DNA from: Spirochaetia bacterium
GTDB taxonomy: Bacteria > Spirochaetota > Spirochaetia > SZUA-6 > Bin103
Direction: 5' to 3'
Assembly: GCA_965208575.1 (NCBI GenBank)
Contig: CBDBOV010000001.1
Span: forward strand, 128,001 to 192,000
DNA: 64,000 nt
Below the pieces are notes generated by a model that worked only from the letters and a program-made list of their open reading frames with translations, had not been told where the DNA came from and made no database searches. A program made the translations under genes and the position numbers. How positions within the stretch are numbered: the stretch's first letter is position 1; each line of letters starts with the position of its first letter. Below, one piece after another: positions 54,936 through 64,000 of the stretch.

Positions 54936-55765
54936 ATGGCGGGCTTGGTGACATTTGTGGTCGTCGGGGCGCTGGGGGCGCTGTCGGTAGGCGAGGTTGC
55001 GGCGCAGGACACTGACGTGCCGGCGGTGAGCGGGGTCAGCATGTCCAGCGCGCCCGCGAGCGGCGACACCTATCAGCGCGGCGATCCGATCGAGATCAGG
55101 GTGGACTTCGACCGGCTGGTCTCGATCACCGGAACTCCGCAGATCAACCTCACGGTGGGGGGCAACACGCGTGCCATCGGGATCACGAGCCCCGCCGTCC
55201 ACTTCCGGTCAAGCACCAGTTCGCTGTTCTTCAAGTACACGGTGGTGGCGGCGGACAGCGACTCCGACGGCATCAGCGTCGCCGCCAATGCGATCCGCCT
55301 GAACGGCGGCAGCATCAAGGCGGCTGCCGACGGCACCACCGACGAGGACCTGGCCCACGCGGCGCTGTCTCCGGGTTCGGGCCACAAGGTGGACGGCGGC
55401 AAGAACGACGTGCCGGTGGTGACCAGCGTCGCCTTCGTCGGCTCGCCGGCGGGCGGAGACACCTACGAGCTCGGCGAGACGATCGAGTTGAAGGTCAAGT
55501 TCCACCGGTTCATCAAGAATTCGGGCGGCCAGCAGGTGGCGCTGACCATCGGTGGGCAGACCGCGCTCGCCAGCCACTCCCACGGTCGCGGACGCCTCGG
55601 CGGGATTACCGAGATCTACTTCGACTACGACGCCGACGGGATCAGCATCGCGGCGAACGCGATCCGGCTCAACGGGGCTACATCAGGGCTGCTTCCGACA
55701 GCAGCCTGAACGCCAATCTGTCGCACGCCGCGGTGTCCGACGACGCCACCGGCAAGGTGGACGGC
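54936..55765 (+). pseudogene. Secreted surface-repeat protein, damaged copy of the 63043 gene
   Basis: 21-nt deletion and frameshift (~55675) relative to the 63043 copy. Confidence 0.8.
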
Positions 55766-56397
55766 ACCATGCGCACGGCGCCGGCGGGCGGCGGGCCGCC
55801 GCACGGGAGCGCCGGCTTCGACGTGACCTGGAGCTGGACGACTACCGCGCCGGCACCGCGCAGCCGGTGGAGTTCGGCTGCGTGGCGCCGGCCGGCGTCT
55901 CCGACTCCGGCCGGCGCATCACGTACGCGATTGCCGAGGGCGACCGCTCGACGCTGGCGCCGCGGCGTCCGAAACAGCTCGTCCTGCCGTTTCTTCTCAC
56001 TCGCCTGCCTCTCCAGCGCCTCGATGCGGCGTTCGTGATCGCCGTCAAGACTGCGCGATGGCCTTGGTGGATCCGCCTTCCATTCCGTCACGGATGACCC
56101 GTTCGCACCAGACGAATAACAGGACATAGAGCAGAGCAACCGCACAACCGTGAGAGGTCAGTTCGAACGGGTCCAAGTCTACGGTGGCGTCTTGCGCTTG
56201 CCCAATGAGCTCGAACAGAGGAAATACGACAGGTATCGTGGCGAGGGTCGCAACCACGAGCAGGCTTAGCATCGTGAATATGCGGATGAACGGAGCTAGC
56301 GTCCTGCCTCGCTCGTCCGCGAGCCGGCCCGACACGATCGCGCACGCCGTCCCGACGATGCCCCATCACTATGTAGTACTGTGGCGGCGGAAGCAGA

Positions 56398-56982
56398 TTA
56401 GCAGGTAACAGCGGCGGCATCATTGGCCGCCGCGGGCCGCGCGATACTCACTCCGGCTTCGAAGTGCTTTATACGATCGGCGAAGAGCTTCCTCCCCGTC
56501 CTCGGTGCTTTGGTGCAATCCACCATCCGATACTTCCGCGTACCGTTGTCGAGGTGTCTGGACAGGTACGCCTTCCTACCCCGATCTATGATCTTGAAGT
56601 GCTCCTCACTACGCCAGTCGGCATCCTCGGGCAAGACGAACACCTGCAGGCGATCGCCATACTTGTTGGCCACGTCCGTGAGCCCGTTCGGTTCATCCAT
56701 GTTGAACAGGACCCTTACTTGGGCACCGTCCTTCAGGCGCTCGACAAGAGCAGCGATCACCCGAGGATCCCGGTAAAGCGTTGGGCCTCGATCCCCGTCG
56801 TCGTGGATCATGATCTCTTGCTTCATCGTGCGAACAAGGTCAAGGAACCACTCGATGGCCTGAGCATCATCGTTGGTTCCCTCGACTACTCGTATCAGGA
56901 GGCGGACGCAGGCTCTGAACACCAGGATGGCAGACACGATAGCTGCCGCCCCGCAGACCACGACGAACACGTACACGTACAT
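56398..56982 (-). CDS. TM-anchored phospholipase-D-fold-like protein
   Basis: N-terminal TM; ERLKDGAQVRVLF, HFKIID. Confidence 0.55.
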   Translation of the reverse strand: MYVYVFVVVCGAAAIVSAILVFRACVRLLIRVVEGTNDDAQAIEWFLDLVRTMKQEIMIHDDGDRGPTLYRDPRVIAALVERLKDGAQVRVLFNMDEPNGLTDVANKYGDRLQVFVLPEDADWRSEEHFKIIDRGRKAYLSRHLDNGTRKYRMVDCTKAPRTGRKLFADRIKHFEAGVSIARPAAANDAAAVTC

Positions 56983-57258
56983 ATGCGATGCCCCTTGTGA
57001 ATACGTGCGCAACCGGCGCACCCTACTTGCCATTATCGGGGAAGCGACCCAGGACGGACAGGGCCAGGAGATCGTCCGGCGGGTTCCCGGAGCGACCCGA
57101 ACCGCCTCATCGCTCGCTGCTGAATCAAGGGCAATCGAACCACGGAGTACCCGATGGCCCGCCTTGCCGAGTTCCGTCAGACGGATTGATTGCACATAAC
57201 TACATGCTCTATAATATGTTATCGCCTACTCAAAAAGTGAGCGTTCTCGGGGTGTCCC

Positions 57259-57735
57259 CGGGGCCTTTACCACCGCCTCGATGCCGCAGCACCTGTGGCT
57301 GTTCGCCGACCGTACCTCGACGGCGACGACGGGTGCCAATCAGATACGGCTGTACTTCTCCGCCTTTGCCGGCATCCTGTCGACGACCCTGCGCCGCGCG
57401 GGACTGCAGGGAACCGAGCTTGCCAACGCGCGCTTCGACACCGTCCGCGCGCGGCTGATCAAGCTCGCGATCGCGTGGGGAGCGGCTTCCGCTCGGGATA
57501 GATGATGAGAGCCTTGAATGGTTCGGCCACGGGGGCCTCCCGTGGCCGCGGAGCTGGCCGATGGTCCAGTCGGCGGCGTAGCAGTAGCCCTCGGTCACGT
57601 CGGTGGGCCGGGCGTGGTTGACCAGCCGCTTGGTCAGCGAACGCGGCAGCGTCAACTCGCGGTCGGCGATCGTGATGAGGCAGTTGCTGCGGAAGCCGTG
57701 GAACCAGAACTTCCTGCCGCCCGCGCGTGAGATGG
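57259..57735. pseudogene. Integrase fragments F19 (57259-57288, 57544-57735) around an IS1380 transposase fragment
   Basis: LFADRTS..ANQIRLYFSAFA..GTELANA..RARLIKLA on the + strand. Confidence 0.75.
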
Positions 57736-57758
57736 GGGCAGGATCTGTAAAACGGTGG

Positions 57759-57857
57759 TTGCCACTATCGTCAACAGGTGTTATATAAGTAGGTAGATTT
57801 ACTCCCCGCTCGCTGGAGGTGGTCTTTGCACCACTCTCCCCGAGCGGGTGTTTTTTT
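57759..57857 (+). ncRNA. Promoter + short structured RNA/terminator upstream of the NYN gene
   Basis: TTGCCA-N17-TATATA; cccgctcg..ggaggtggt-ctttgc-accactctcc..cgagcggg followed by T7. Confidence 0.5.
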
Positions 57858-57952
57858 ACTCGTTCATATCAGGTTAATCTTTGTAGTACATACCTTTATT
57901 ACCATTCAGTACTCTTCATACTATTGTTATAAGAACCTCAGGAGGGTACTTG

Positions 57953-59968
57953 ATGCGTACTGCTGCATTCATCGACGGCCAGAACCTCTACCACTTGGCT
58001 AGGAACGCTTGGTCCCGCAACCCATCAGACCAGTACGGCTGGCCCAGTTACGACGTTGAGAAGCTGTCGACAGCGCTCGTTCAGCAGGCCTTTGGTTGCG
58101 GTCTCTCTCAAATTCACTTCTACACAGGTGTCCCGCCTACTGGACCGTGGCACCGTTTCTGGAGCAACAAGATCCGGGTTCTAAAGAATAAAGGGATCTA
58201 CGTCTATCGGGGACGAGTACGACAACAACCTGGGGGCCAAGGCCAAGAGAAAGGCGTAGATGTGAGTCTATCCATCGATATAGTGAGAAACTTGACGTGG
58301 ACCCGATAGGTTGGACAGTGGATGGGATATTGTAGAGTGCATCTCGTTCGTTGTCAACCCACCCTCCTGGTCGAGATGATCAGGCGGCGGTAATGGGGGT
58401 GGGGTCCGGGGAGGGGGTGAGCGAGCCTGTGGATATGTGGATACTTCGTCCCCACTGCTCGCGCTCCCGTTGGTCCTCGGATGCCCTTGCACCCCATGCC
58501 AACCGCCTGCCGTTCCTGTTCGCTACGCCACCTCCTGCTGTTGTTCCGCCACCCCGTCGCGGTACGCTTCCGCGGGCGTACGCCCGCCGAGCGCCGAGTG
58601 TGGTCGGGTCTCGTTGTAGAATGCCATCCACCCGTCGATCACCCGCTGCGCCTCGAAGCCATCCTCCAAATCGTGCAGGTATACCGACTCGTACTTCAGC
58701 GAGCGCCACAACCGTTCGATGAATACGTTATCCAGACAACGACCGCGCCCGTCCATCGAGCACCGTATCCCGGTCGCCTCCAACTGGCCGGTGAACGCGA
58801 TGCTGGTGAACTGGCTGCCCTGATCGGTGTTGAAGATCTCGGGAATGCCGAAGTCTTCCAGAGCGTCCGCCAACGCCTCCAGGCAGAAGGAGGTGTCCAT
58901 CGTGTTGGACAGCCGCCAGGCCAACACCCGCCGGCTCGCCCAGTCCATGATCGCCACCAGGTACAGAAATCCTCCCTGCACCGGGATGTAGGTCAGGTCC
59001 GCGCACCACACCTGGTTCGGGCGCTCAATCGTAAGCCCTCGCAGCAGATACGGATACACCCGATGGTCCGGGTGCGCGACGCTGGTGCGTGGCTTGCGGT
59101 AGATCGCCTCCAGCCCCAACAGCCGCATCAGCCGCCGCACCCGGTGCCGACCGACCCGCTTTCCCTCGCGTGCCAGATGGCGCATCATCTGCCGGCTGCC
59201 GTAGAACGGACATTCCAGATAAAGTTCGTCGATGCGGCGCATCAACGCGAGCGTGTCAGCGCTCTCGCCCACCGCTCGGTAGTACAGCGTCGACCGGTTC
59301 AGCCCGATCAGGCGGCACTGCCGGCTGATGCTCAGACGGTCGTGCTCGCGGTCGATCATCTCTCGTCGCTCGGCCCGGCTCAGCGCCCGAGCCCGCGTGC
59401 TAAAAAATCGCGCTCCACGGTCAACTCCCCGATCTTGGCATGCAGGTCGTGAATGGTCTCATCGTGCTCCTTCTGCCGCCGGCTCCGGCCGTCGGCGAAC
59501 AGGTCCCGCAGACCGGTCTGAGCCTGCCGCTTCCAACTGCTGATCTGGTTCGGATGTATTTCGTGCTTGGCCGCGATCGCCTGGATCGTACGGTCTCCCC
59601 GCAGCGCCTCCATCACTACCTTCGCCTTGAACTCCGCTGTGAACCGACGCCTCTTCGTCGCCATCTTGCTGGCCCTCCTCGTGGCCTTGGATACACTCTA
59701 CCATACCGTCCGTTTTTCCGGGACCAGCTCAACTACCTACGGCCAAGAGTACGACGCAATACTAATTGTAAGCCAAGACTGGGATTATGGTCCTGCGGTA
59801 CGTCTGGCGAAGAACATCGCGCGAACGCAAGGTCGGCAGCTCGCGTTCGCATCGGCCTTCCCCTACCATCCTGGAATGCCCCAACGCGGAGTTCCAGGAA
59901 CAACGTGGATCCATATCGACAAAGCGCTCTACGATAGGTGTCACGACCCTACCGATTACCGCCTGTGA
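57953..59968 (+). pseudogene. NYN (LabA/DUF88) domain RNase interrupted by IS3
   Basis: AFIDGQNLY..FYTG..EKGVDVSLSID | YDAILIVSQDWDYGPAV. Confidence 0.9.
58293..59731 (-). mobile_element. IS3-family element
   Basis: IRs tgacgtggacccg..ggac / gtcc..cgggaccagctca; ACT duplication; orfA 59380-59664; orfB 58523-59359 (WCADLTY, NTDQGSQF, DNVFIERLW). Confidence 0.92.
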
Positions 59969-60059
59969 ACCTGGTAAGGCTGGGCGGCGGCAACCCGCCA
60001 GGGGGCGCACGTCGCCAGAATCGGACGCCGGGGATTGTCCAAGTACCACCTTGCCGGTC

Positions 60060-60766
60060 GGCGCATCTTCCGCCATCGCCTCCCGCAACTGCCGCAGCAC
60101 GAAGGCGCACTCCGCCGGGTACTCCCCTTCCTCGATCGTCAGCACGTGTGCGTCACCCCGTCCGTTGCCCTTCACCAAGCCCTGGTCGAAGATCGCCAGC
60201 ACGCGCTCCAGCTCGTCCCGCCGCCGGCTCGCCAGCCGCGGGATCTGGATGATGTGGCTGCGGTGATGGATGCCCTCCACCAGTGGATGCTCGCCGCAAG
60301 CTCCCGCCCCGTGCGCCGCTCGGTCACCCGCGGACAGACGTCGATCACCGCTTCGTCCGACAGACCATCCGGGGCGTAGCCCAGGAAGTAGATCGTCACG
60401 ATCGGCACGCTTCGGCGCGGCCCGAAGGGAGGGTGAGGATGGTGTCCCCGCTGGCGACCGCTGGGCCAGGTAGCCCCGGAAGCGCTCGATCACGGTCTGC
60501 GCGTAGGCCTTCAGGATCTCGATCAGCACCTGCTGCTCGCTGCCGTCGCGGGTCTGAACCCGAGCCGCGAAGGTCATGCGCAGCAGCGTCAGCGGCAGGT
60601 CGTGCTCCGGGTCTTCGGGGGTGCGGCGCAAGGCCGTCCCCTTCGGGCTGACGGTGAGCGATTGCACCGCGAGGCCGGTGATCCTGCCGATCAGCAGGCG
60701 GGCGACGCGCTGGTTCTGCATCAGGTACGTCAACACCACGTCGTAGATCGGGTTGGCGACGTCCAC
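60060..60766 (-). pseudogene. PD-(D/E)XK nuclease-like protein, frameshifted and truncated
   Basis: VANPIYDVV..YLM.N..VA..LI; VLIEI.KA; PIVTIYFLGY in an alternate frame. Confidence 0.6.
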
Positions 60767-60894
60767 GCCAGCATTGAAACCTGCGGCCCGCGCGTTGCGT
60801 CAATCGCCTTGCCCGTGTTGCGGTGATCGGTGCGGCGGCGGTGTCATGCACCGACGGGCGTGCTCCCTGGTCTATTGCCGGGGTCGGGCGGAAC

Positions 60895-61050
60895 GACTTG
60901 AGTCCCGAGGGATGGACGCGAACCCCGAACCCGATGAGCCTGTCGTCCCACGCGATGAACGGCTTGTCGGACGGCTCCGGCGCCGCCACGTTCCGTTTGT
61001 TCAGCGTCAGCCTGAGCCGCGCCGTGCGCTTCCCGGTGGTCGATTCCATG
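60895..61050 (-). pseudogene. Integrase fragment F20 (5' end only)
   Basis: MESTTGKRTARLRLTLNKRN..GLKSF. Confidence 0.9.
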
Positions 61051-61227
61051 CCTTCTGAATGGCACCAAAATGATACGATTCGATCAACACGAAGAGCAAC
61101 ACCGGGTCCGCCTAGTGGCGATTGGGGTTTGATCGCGCCCGTCGTGTACACGGGAACGTCACGGATAGAACTACAATCTCGTCGCGCAGACACATCGATT
61201 GAAGTCGACCAAGGATCGATTTTTTCG

Positions 61228-62538
61228 ATGACACAGAGGGTTGCACGCCCGATGAAATTCGCGGCGTTCATTTCGATAATCGTTTCCGTGGCGGTTCTGT
61301 TTGGCGCCTGCGCAGGCGCCGTAGGCCCCAAGGGCGATCCCGGCGCGGATGGTATGGATGGCGCCCCAGGCGGCACCGGACCTCAAGGCCCTCAGGGGGT
61401 TCCAGGGGAGCCGGGCTTCACGCCGCTGCAGGGCAAGGGTACCATGCCCTATGTACTCATCAACGACATCGACGCGACGGACGACAACGCCGTTAACGTG
61501 GTAGATCCCGGTGAAGCAGTCACTATCGACGTGATGAAGTACTTCCGTGGCGGCACGGAACCGTATATGTATGGTGTTCCAACACGTGTCGGCACCGCGC
61601 CGAGCAATAGTCCCCTTACCGCTGAACGCGTCGGTGACGGGCCCATGTACAAGGTTTCTGTGCCTTCGGCCCAAGCTGACGTCGAAGGTGAAGAGAATAC
61701 GTGGACGATCAAGGTCACTGATGCTGACGACTCGACGGTAGATATCACTCTCAAAGCCAGGCGTAACGATGTACCCGCAGCCAATGCTACTGACGAGGTG
61801 GCTGTGGTCGGAACCCAGGCTCCGGAAACCGCTCCGAAGATGGCTCCAGCCTGTCCTCAGGCCAACGAGTGCATCGCCGCGGTGACATTCGTCGATGACG
61901 ACCCGATGGAGATGCTCTCCTTCACGGCGGTTTCCGCGGACCCAAACAAGGTAGAAGTCGTGCGCGTGGACACGGCGCCAGCGGACGCGAACGGACGAGC
62001 CCTCGTCGCTAACGTCGTGGTGCGGGGTATTGCATCTACCGTGGTGGCTGACACGCGGACGGACACTACCGCGGGAGATCCCACTCCTGGTCACATGCCC
62101 GTTACGGTAACCATTACCGCGACGGACGGTGGCGGTGGGATGGTCAAGGACACGGTGGCAGTCACGGTGGACGGAGCGCCGACTCTCAAGAAGGCGATTC
62201 CGGGAGGCATGCTTACTCAAGCGTCGTCGACGTACGTCATACAAGACTTGTCCGGCTTTTTCATGAATCCGGAATCCGTGCTCCCAACAGGCAGCACGGA
62301 GGGCCTTACGATCATGGCAATGTCGTCTGACACGACCGTAGTCAAGGTGGCTTTCGGGGCAACTCCGACGACCTTCACCGCTTCCGCTACCGCTACCAAC
62401 GCTGATGATCCGTTGACGGTTAGCAGGGTTGCTCCTGGTACGGCGACGATCACGATAACGGCTACCGAAGCTGAGGGCGACGCCTTCCTGCCGCAACAAA
62501 GCGTCAAGGGTACCTTCTCCGTGACGGTATCCAACTAG
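61228..62538 (+). CDS. Surface lipoprotein, paralog of 53267
   Basis: Same signal peptide; lipobox FGAC; collagen-like linker; beta-rich body. Confidence 0.85.
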   Translation: MTQRVARPMKFAAFISIIVSVAVLFGACAGAVGPKGDPGADGMDGAPGGTGPQGPQGVPGEPGFTPLQGKGTMPYVLINDIDATDDNAVNVVDPGEAVTIDVMKYFRGGTEPYMYGVPTRVGTAPSNSPLTAERVGDGPMYKVSVPSAQADVEGEENTWTIKVTDADDSTVDITLKARRNDVPAANATDEVAVVGTQAPETAPKMAPACPQANECIAAVTFVDDDPMEMLSFTAVSADPNKVEVVRVDTAPADANGRALVANVVVRGIASTVVADTRTDTTAGDPTPGHMPVTVTITATDGGGGMVKDTVAVTVDGAPTLKKAIPGGMLTQASSTYVIQDLSGFFMNPESVLPTGSTEGLTIMAMSSDTTVVKVAFGATPTTFTASATATNADDPLTVSRVAPGTATITITATEAEGDAFLPQQSVKGTFSVTVSN

Positions 62539-62623
62539 GTTCAAGCGTCAACGGCCAGCCGCTACTTCCGGCTGGTAATGGCGCCCCGGAGTAGAGGACT
62601 CGCTTCTCCTCCGGGAGACCGAG

Positions 62624-62676
62624 AGGTCCCGCTGGATTGCCCGAGAGGGCAGCCCGGCGGGGCCTTCTTTCATTTT
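62624..62676 (+). terminator. Long hairpin terminator with GAGA loop
   Basis: aggtcccgctgg..tgcccgagagggca..ccggcggggccttctttc. Confidence 0.7.
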
Positions 62677-63042
62677 GGGTCCGTACTACAACCTCATTTT
62701 GGCCGTAGCGTTCGGTCAGGCTCCGCTGACACCGATCTGAACGCTGGGCCGAACGCCGCAAGTCCGATTCGGCGAGGCCCGTGCCGCCAAGCGTGCGCAG
62801 CCGAGCTGCCGGTATCGAAATCAGGGACCCTTCCCGGCAATCCGTCGGCGGTGGTCGCACCTGCAAACGAGTGATGTGACACAGGATAGTGGACGTTCTG
62901 TGGAGAACAGGCTATGGTCCGTGTGCAAGCGGTCCGCCTGGGCGCGGGCATCTTCCACGGGTCAGTCTTGAGGGATCATCTATATTACATCACGAACGGC
63001 GTGGCGGCTCGGGCTCGGGACATTGTTGGCCGCGGCGCGCGC

Positions 63043-64000
63043 ATGGCGGGCTTGGTGACGTTTGTGGTCATCGGTGTGCTGGGGGCGCTGTCGGTAGGCG
63101 AGGTTGCGGCGCAGGACACTGACGCGCCGGCGGTGAGCGGGGTGAGCATGTCCAGCGCGCCCGCGAGCGGCGACACCTATCAGCGCGGCGATCCGATCGA
63201 GATCAGGGTCGACTTCGACCGGCTGGTCTCGATCACCGGAACTCCGCAGGTCAACCTCACGGTGGGCGGCAACACGCGTGCCGTCGGGCTCACCAGCCCC
63301 GCGGTCCACTTTCGGTCAAGCACCAGTTTCCTGTTCTTCAAGTACACCGTGGCGGCGGCGGACAGCGACGCCGACGGCATCAGCGTCGCCGCCAATGCGA
63401 TCCGCCTGAACGGCGGCAGCATCAAGGCGGCCGCCGACGGCACCACCGACGCGAACCTGGCCCACGCGGCGCTGTCTCCGGGGTCGGACCACAAGGTGGA
63501 CGGCAGCAAGAACGAGGTGCCGGTGGTGAGCAGCGTCGCCTTCGTCGGCTCGCCGGCGGGCGGAGAAACCTACGAGCTCGGCGAGACGATCGAGCTGAGA
63601 GTCAAGTTCCACCGGTTCATCAAGAATTCGGGCGGCCTGCAGATGGCGCTCACGATCGGTGGGCAGACCGCGCTGGCAAGCCACTCCCACGGTCGCGGGC
63701 GCCTCGGCGGGATTACCGAGATCTACTTCGACTACGACATACAGGCGAACGACTTCGACGCCGACGGGATCAGCATCGCGGCCGACGCGATCCGGCTCAA
63801 CGGGGGCTACATCAGGGCCGCTTCCGACAGCAGCCTGAACGCCAATCTCACCCACGCCGCGGTGTCCGACGACGCCACCCGCAAGGTGGACGGCACCGTG
63901 GTAGCCGGCCCCAAGATCACCAGTGTCCGATTCATCGGCACCCCGAGGCGCGGCAACGCCTACCAGAGCGGCGAGACGATAAGCGCGCAGGTGTGGTTCG
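63043..64000 (+). CDS. Secreted protein with tandem ~120-aa beta-sandwich repeats, runs off the window
   Basis: Signal peptide; repeated GDTY..G..IE..V.F..L.VGG..F.Y.V...D.D.DGIS...NAIRLNGG. Confidence 0.8.
   Translation, partial: MAGLVTFVVIGVLGALSVGEVAAQDTDAPAVSGVSMSSAPASGDTYQRGDPIEIRVDFDRLVSITGTPQVNLTVGGNTRAVGLTSPAVHFRSSTSFLFFKYTVAAADSDADGISVAANAIRLNGGSIKAAADGTTDANLAHAALSPGSDHKVDGSKNEVPVVSSVAFVGSPAGGETYELGETIELRVKFHRFIKNSGGLQMALTIGGQTALASHSHGRGRLGGITEIYFDYDIQANDFDADGISIAADAIRLNGGYIRAASDSSLNANLTHAAVSDDATRKVDGTVVAGPKITSVRFIGTPRRGNAYQSGETISAQVWF

Noticed and set aside
5690-57735. A single precise crossover sequence shared by all int-cargo junctions
   Set aside because: Junction positions and sequences differ; only loose clustering and microhomology are supported
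60823-61227. 135-aa N-terminal extension of the second lipoprotein
   Set aside because: Overlaps the antisense int 5' fragment; the paralog and lipobox place the start at 61228 or the next Met
1-64000. Classical integron
   Set aside because: The integrase has an arm-binding domain rather than IntI features; cargo lies on both strands; I found no recurring attC-type RYYYAAC..GTTRRRY hairpins by eye
1-64000. CRISPR array, DGR, tRNA or rRNA
   Set aside because: No evenly spaced repeat-spacer units, cas or RT gene, adenine-specific variation between repeats, or cloverleaf seen

Overview
High-GC bacterial accessory region with no housekeeping, rRNA, tRNA or CRISPR content that I could detect. 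It has one full-length tyrosine integrase (51797-53089, minus strand; arm-binding N-domain, complete R-K-H-R-H-Y set). About 20 partial copies of the same gene recur every ~1-7 kb from 5.7 to 61 kb, all co-oriented except one. Between them lie secreted or lipoprotein cargo with eukaryote-like or adhesion-type domains (VHL-like, ankyrin, collagen-like, Calx-beta-like, leishmanolysin-like, tail-collar-like). Also interleaved are a multi-copy TM/coiled-coil gene with a variable 33-bp repeat, many toxin-antitoxin modules with a broken toxin but intact antitoxin, IS elements (ISKra4, two IS3) and IS and group II intron remnants. A MalT-like LuxR regulator is associated with a four-copy palindromic upstream element. 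Two tandem [int 5' end / lipoprotein / terminator / surface-repeat protein] units carry lipoproteins with an identical signal-peptide sequence but divergent bodies. The best candidate novel system is an integrase-fragment-scaffolded cargo array that is not an integron. All family calls are by eye from motifs, and fragment boundaries are approximate. Frequent 1-nt indels mean sequencing or assembly error cannot be excluded.
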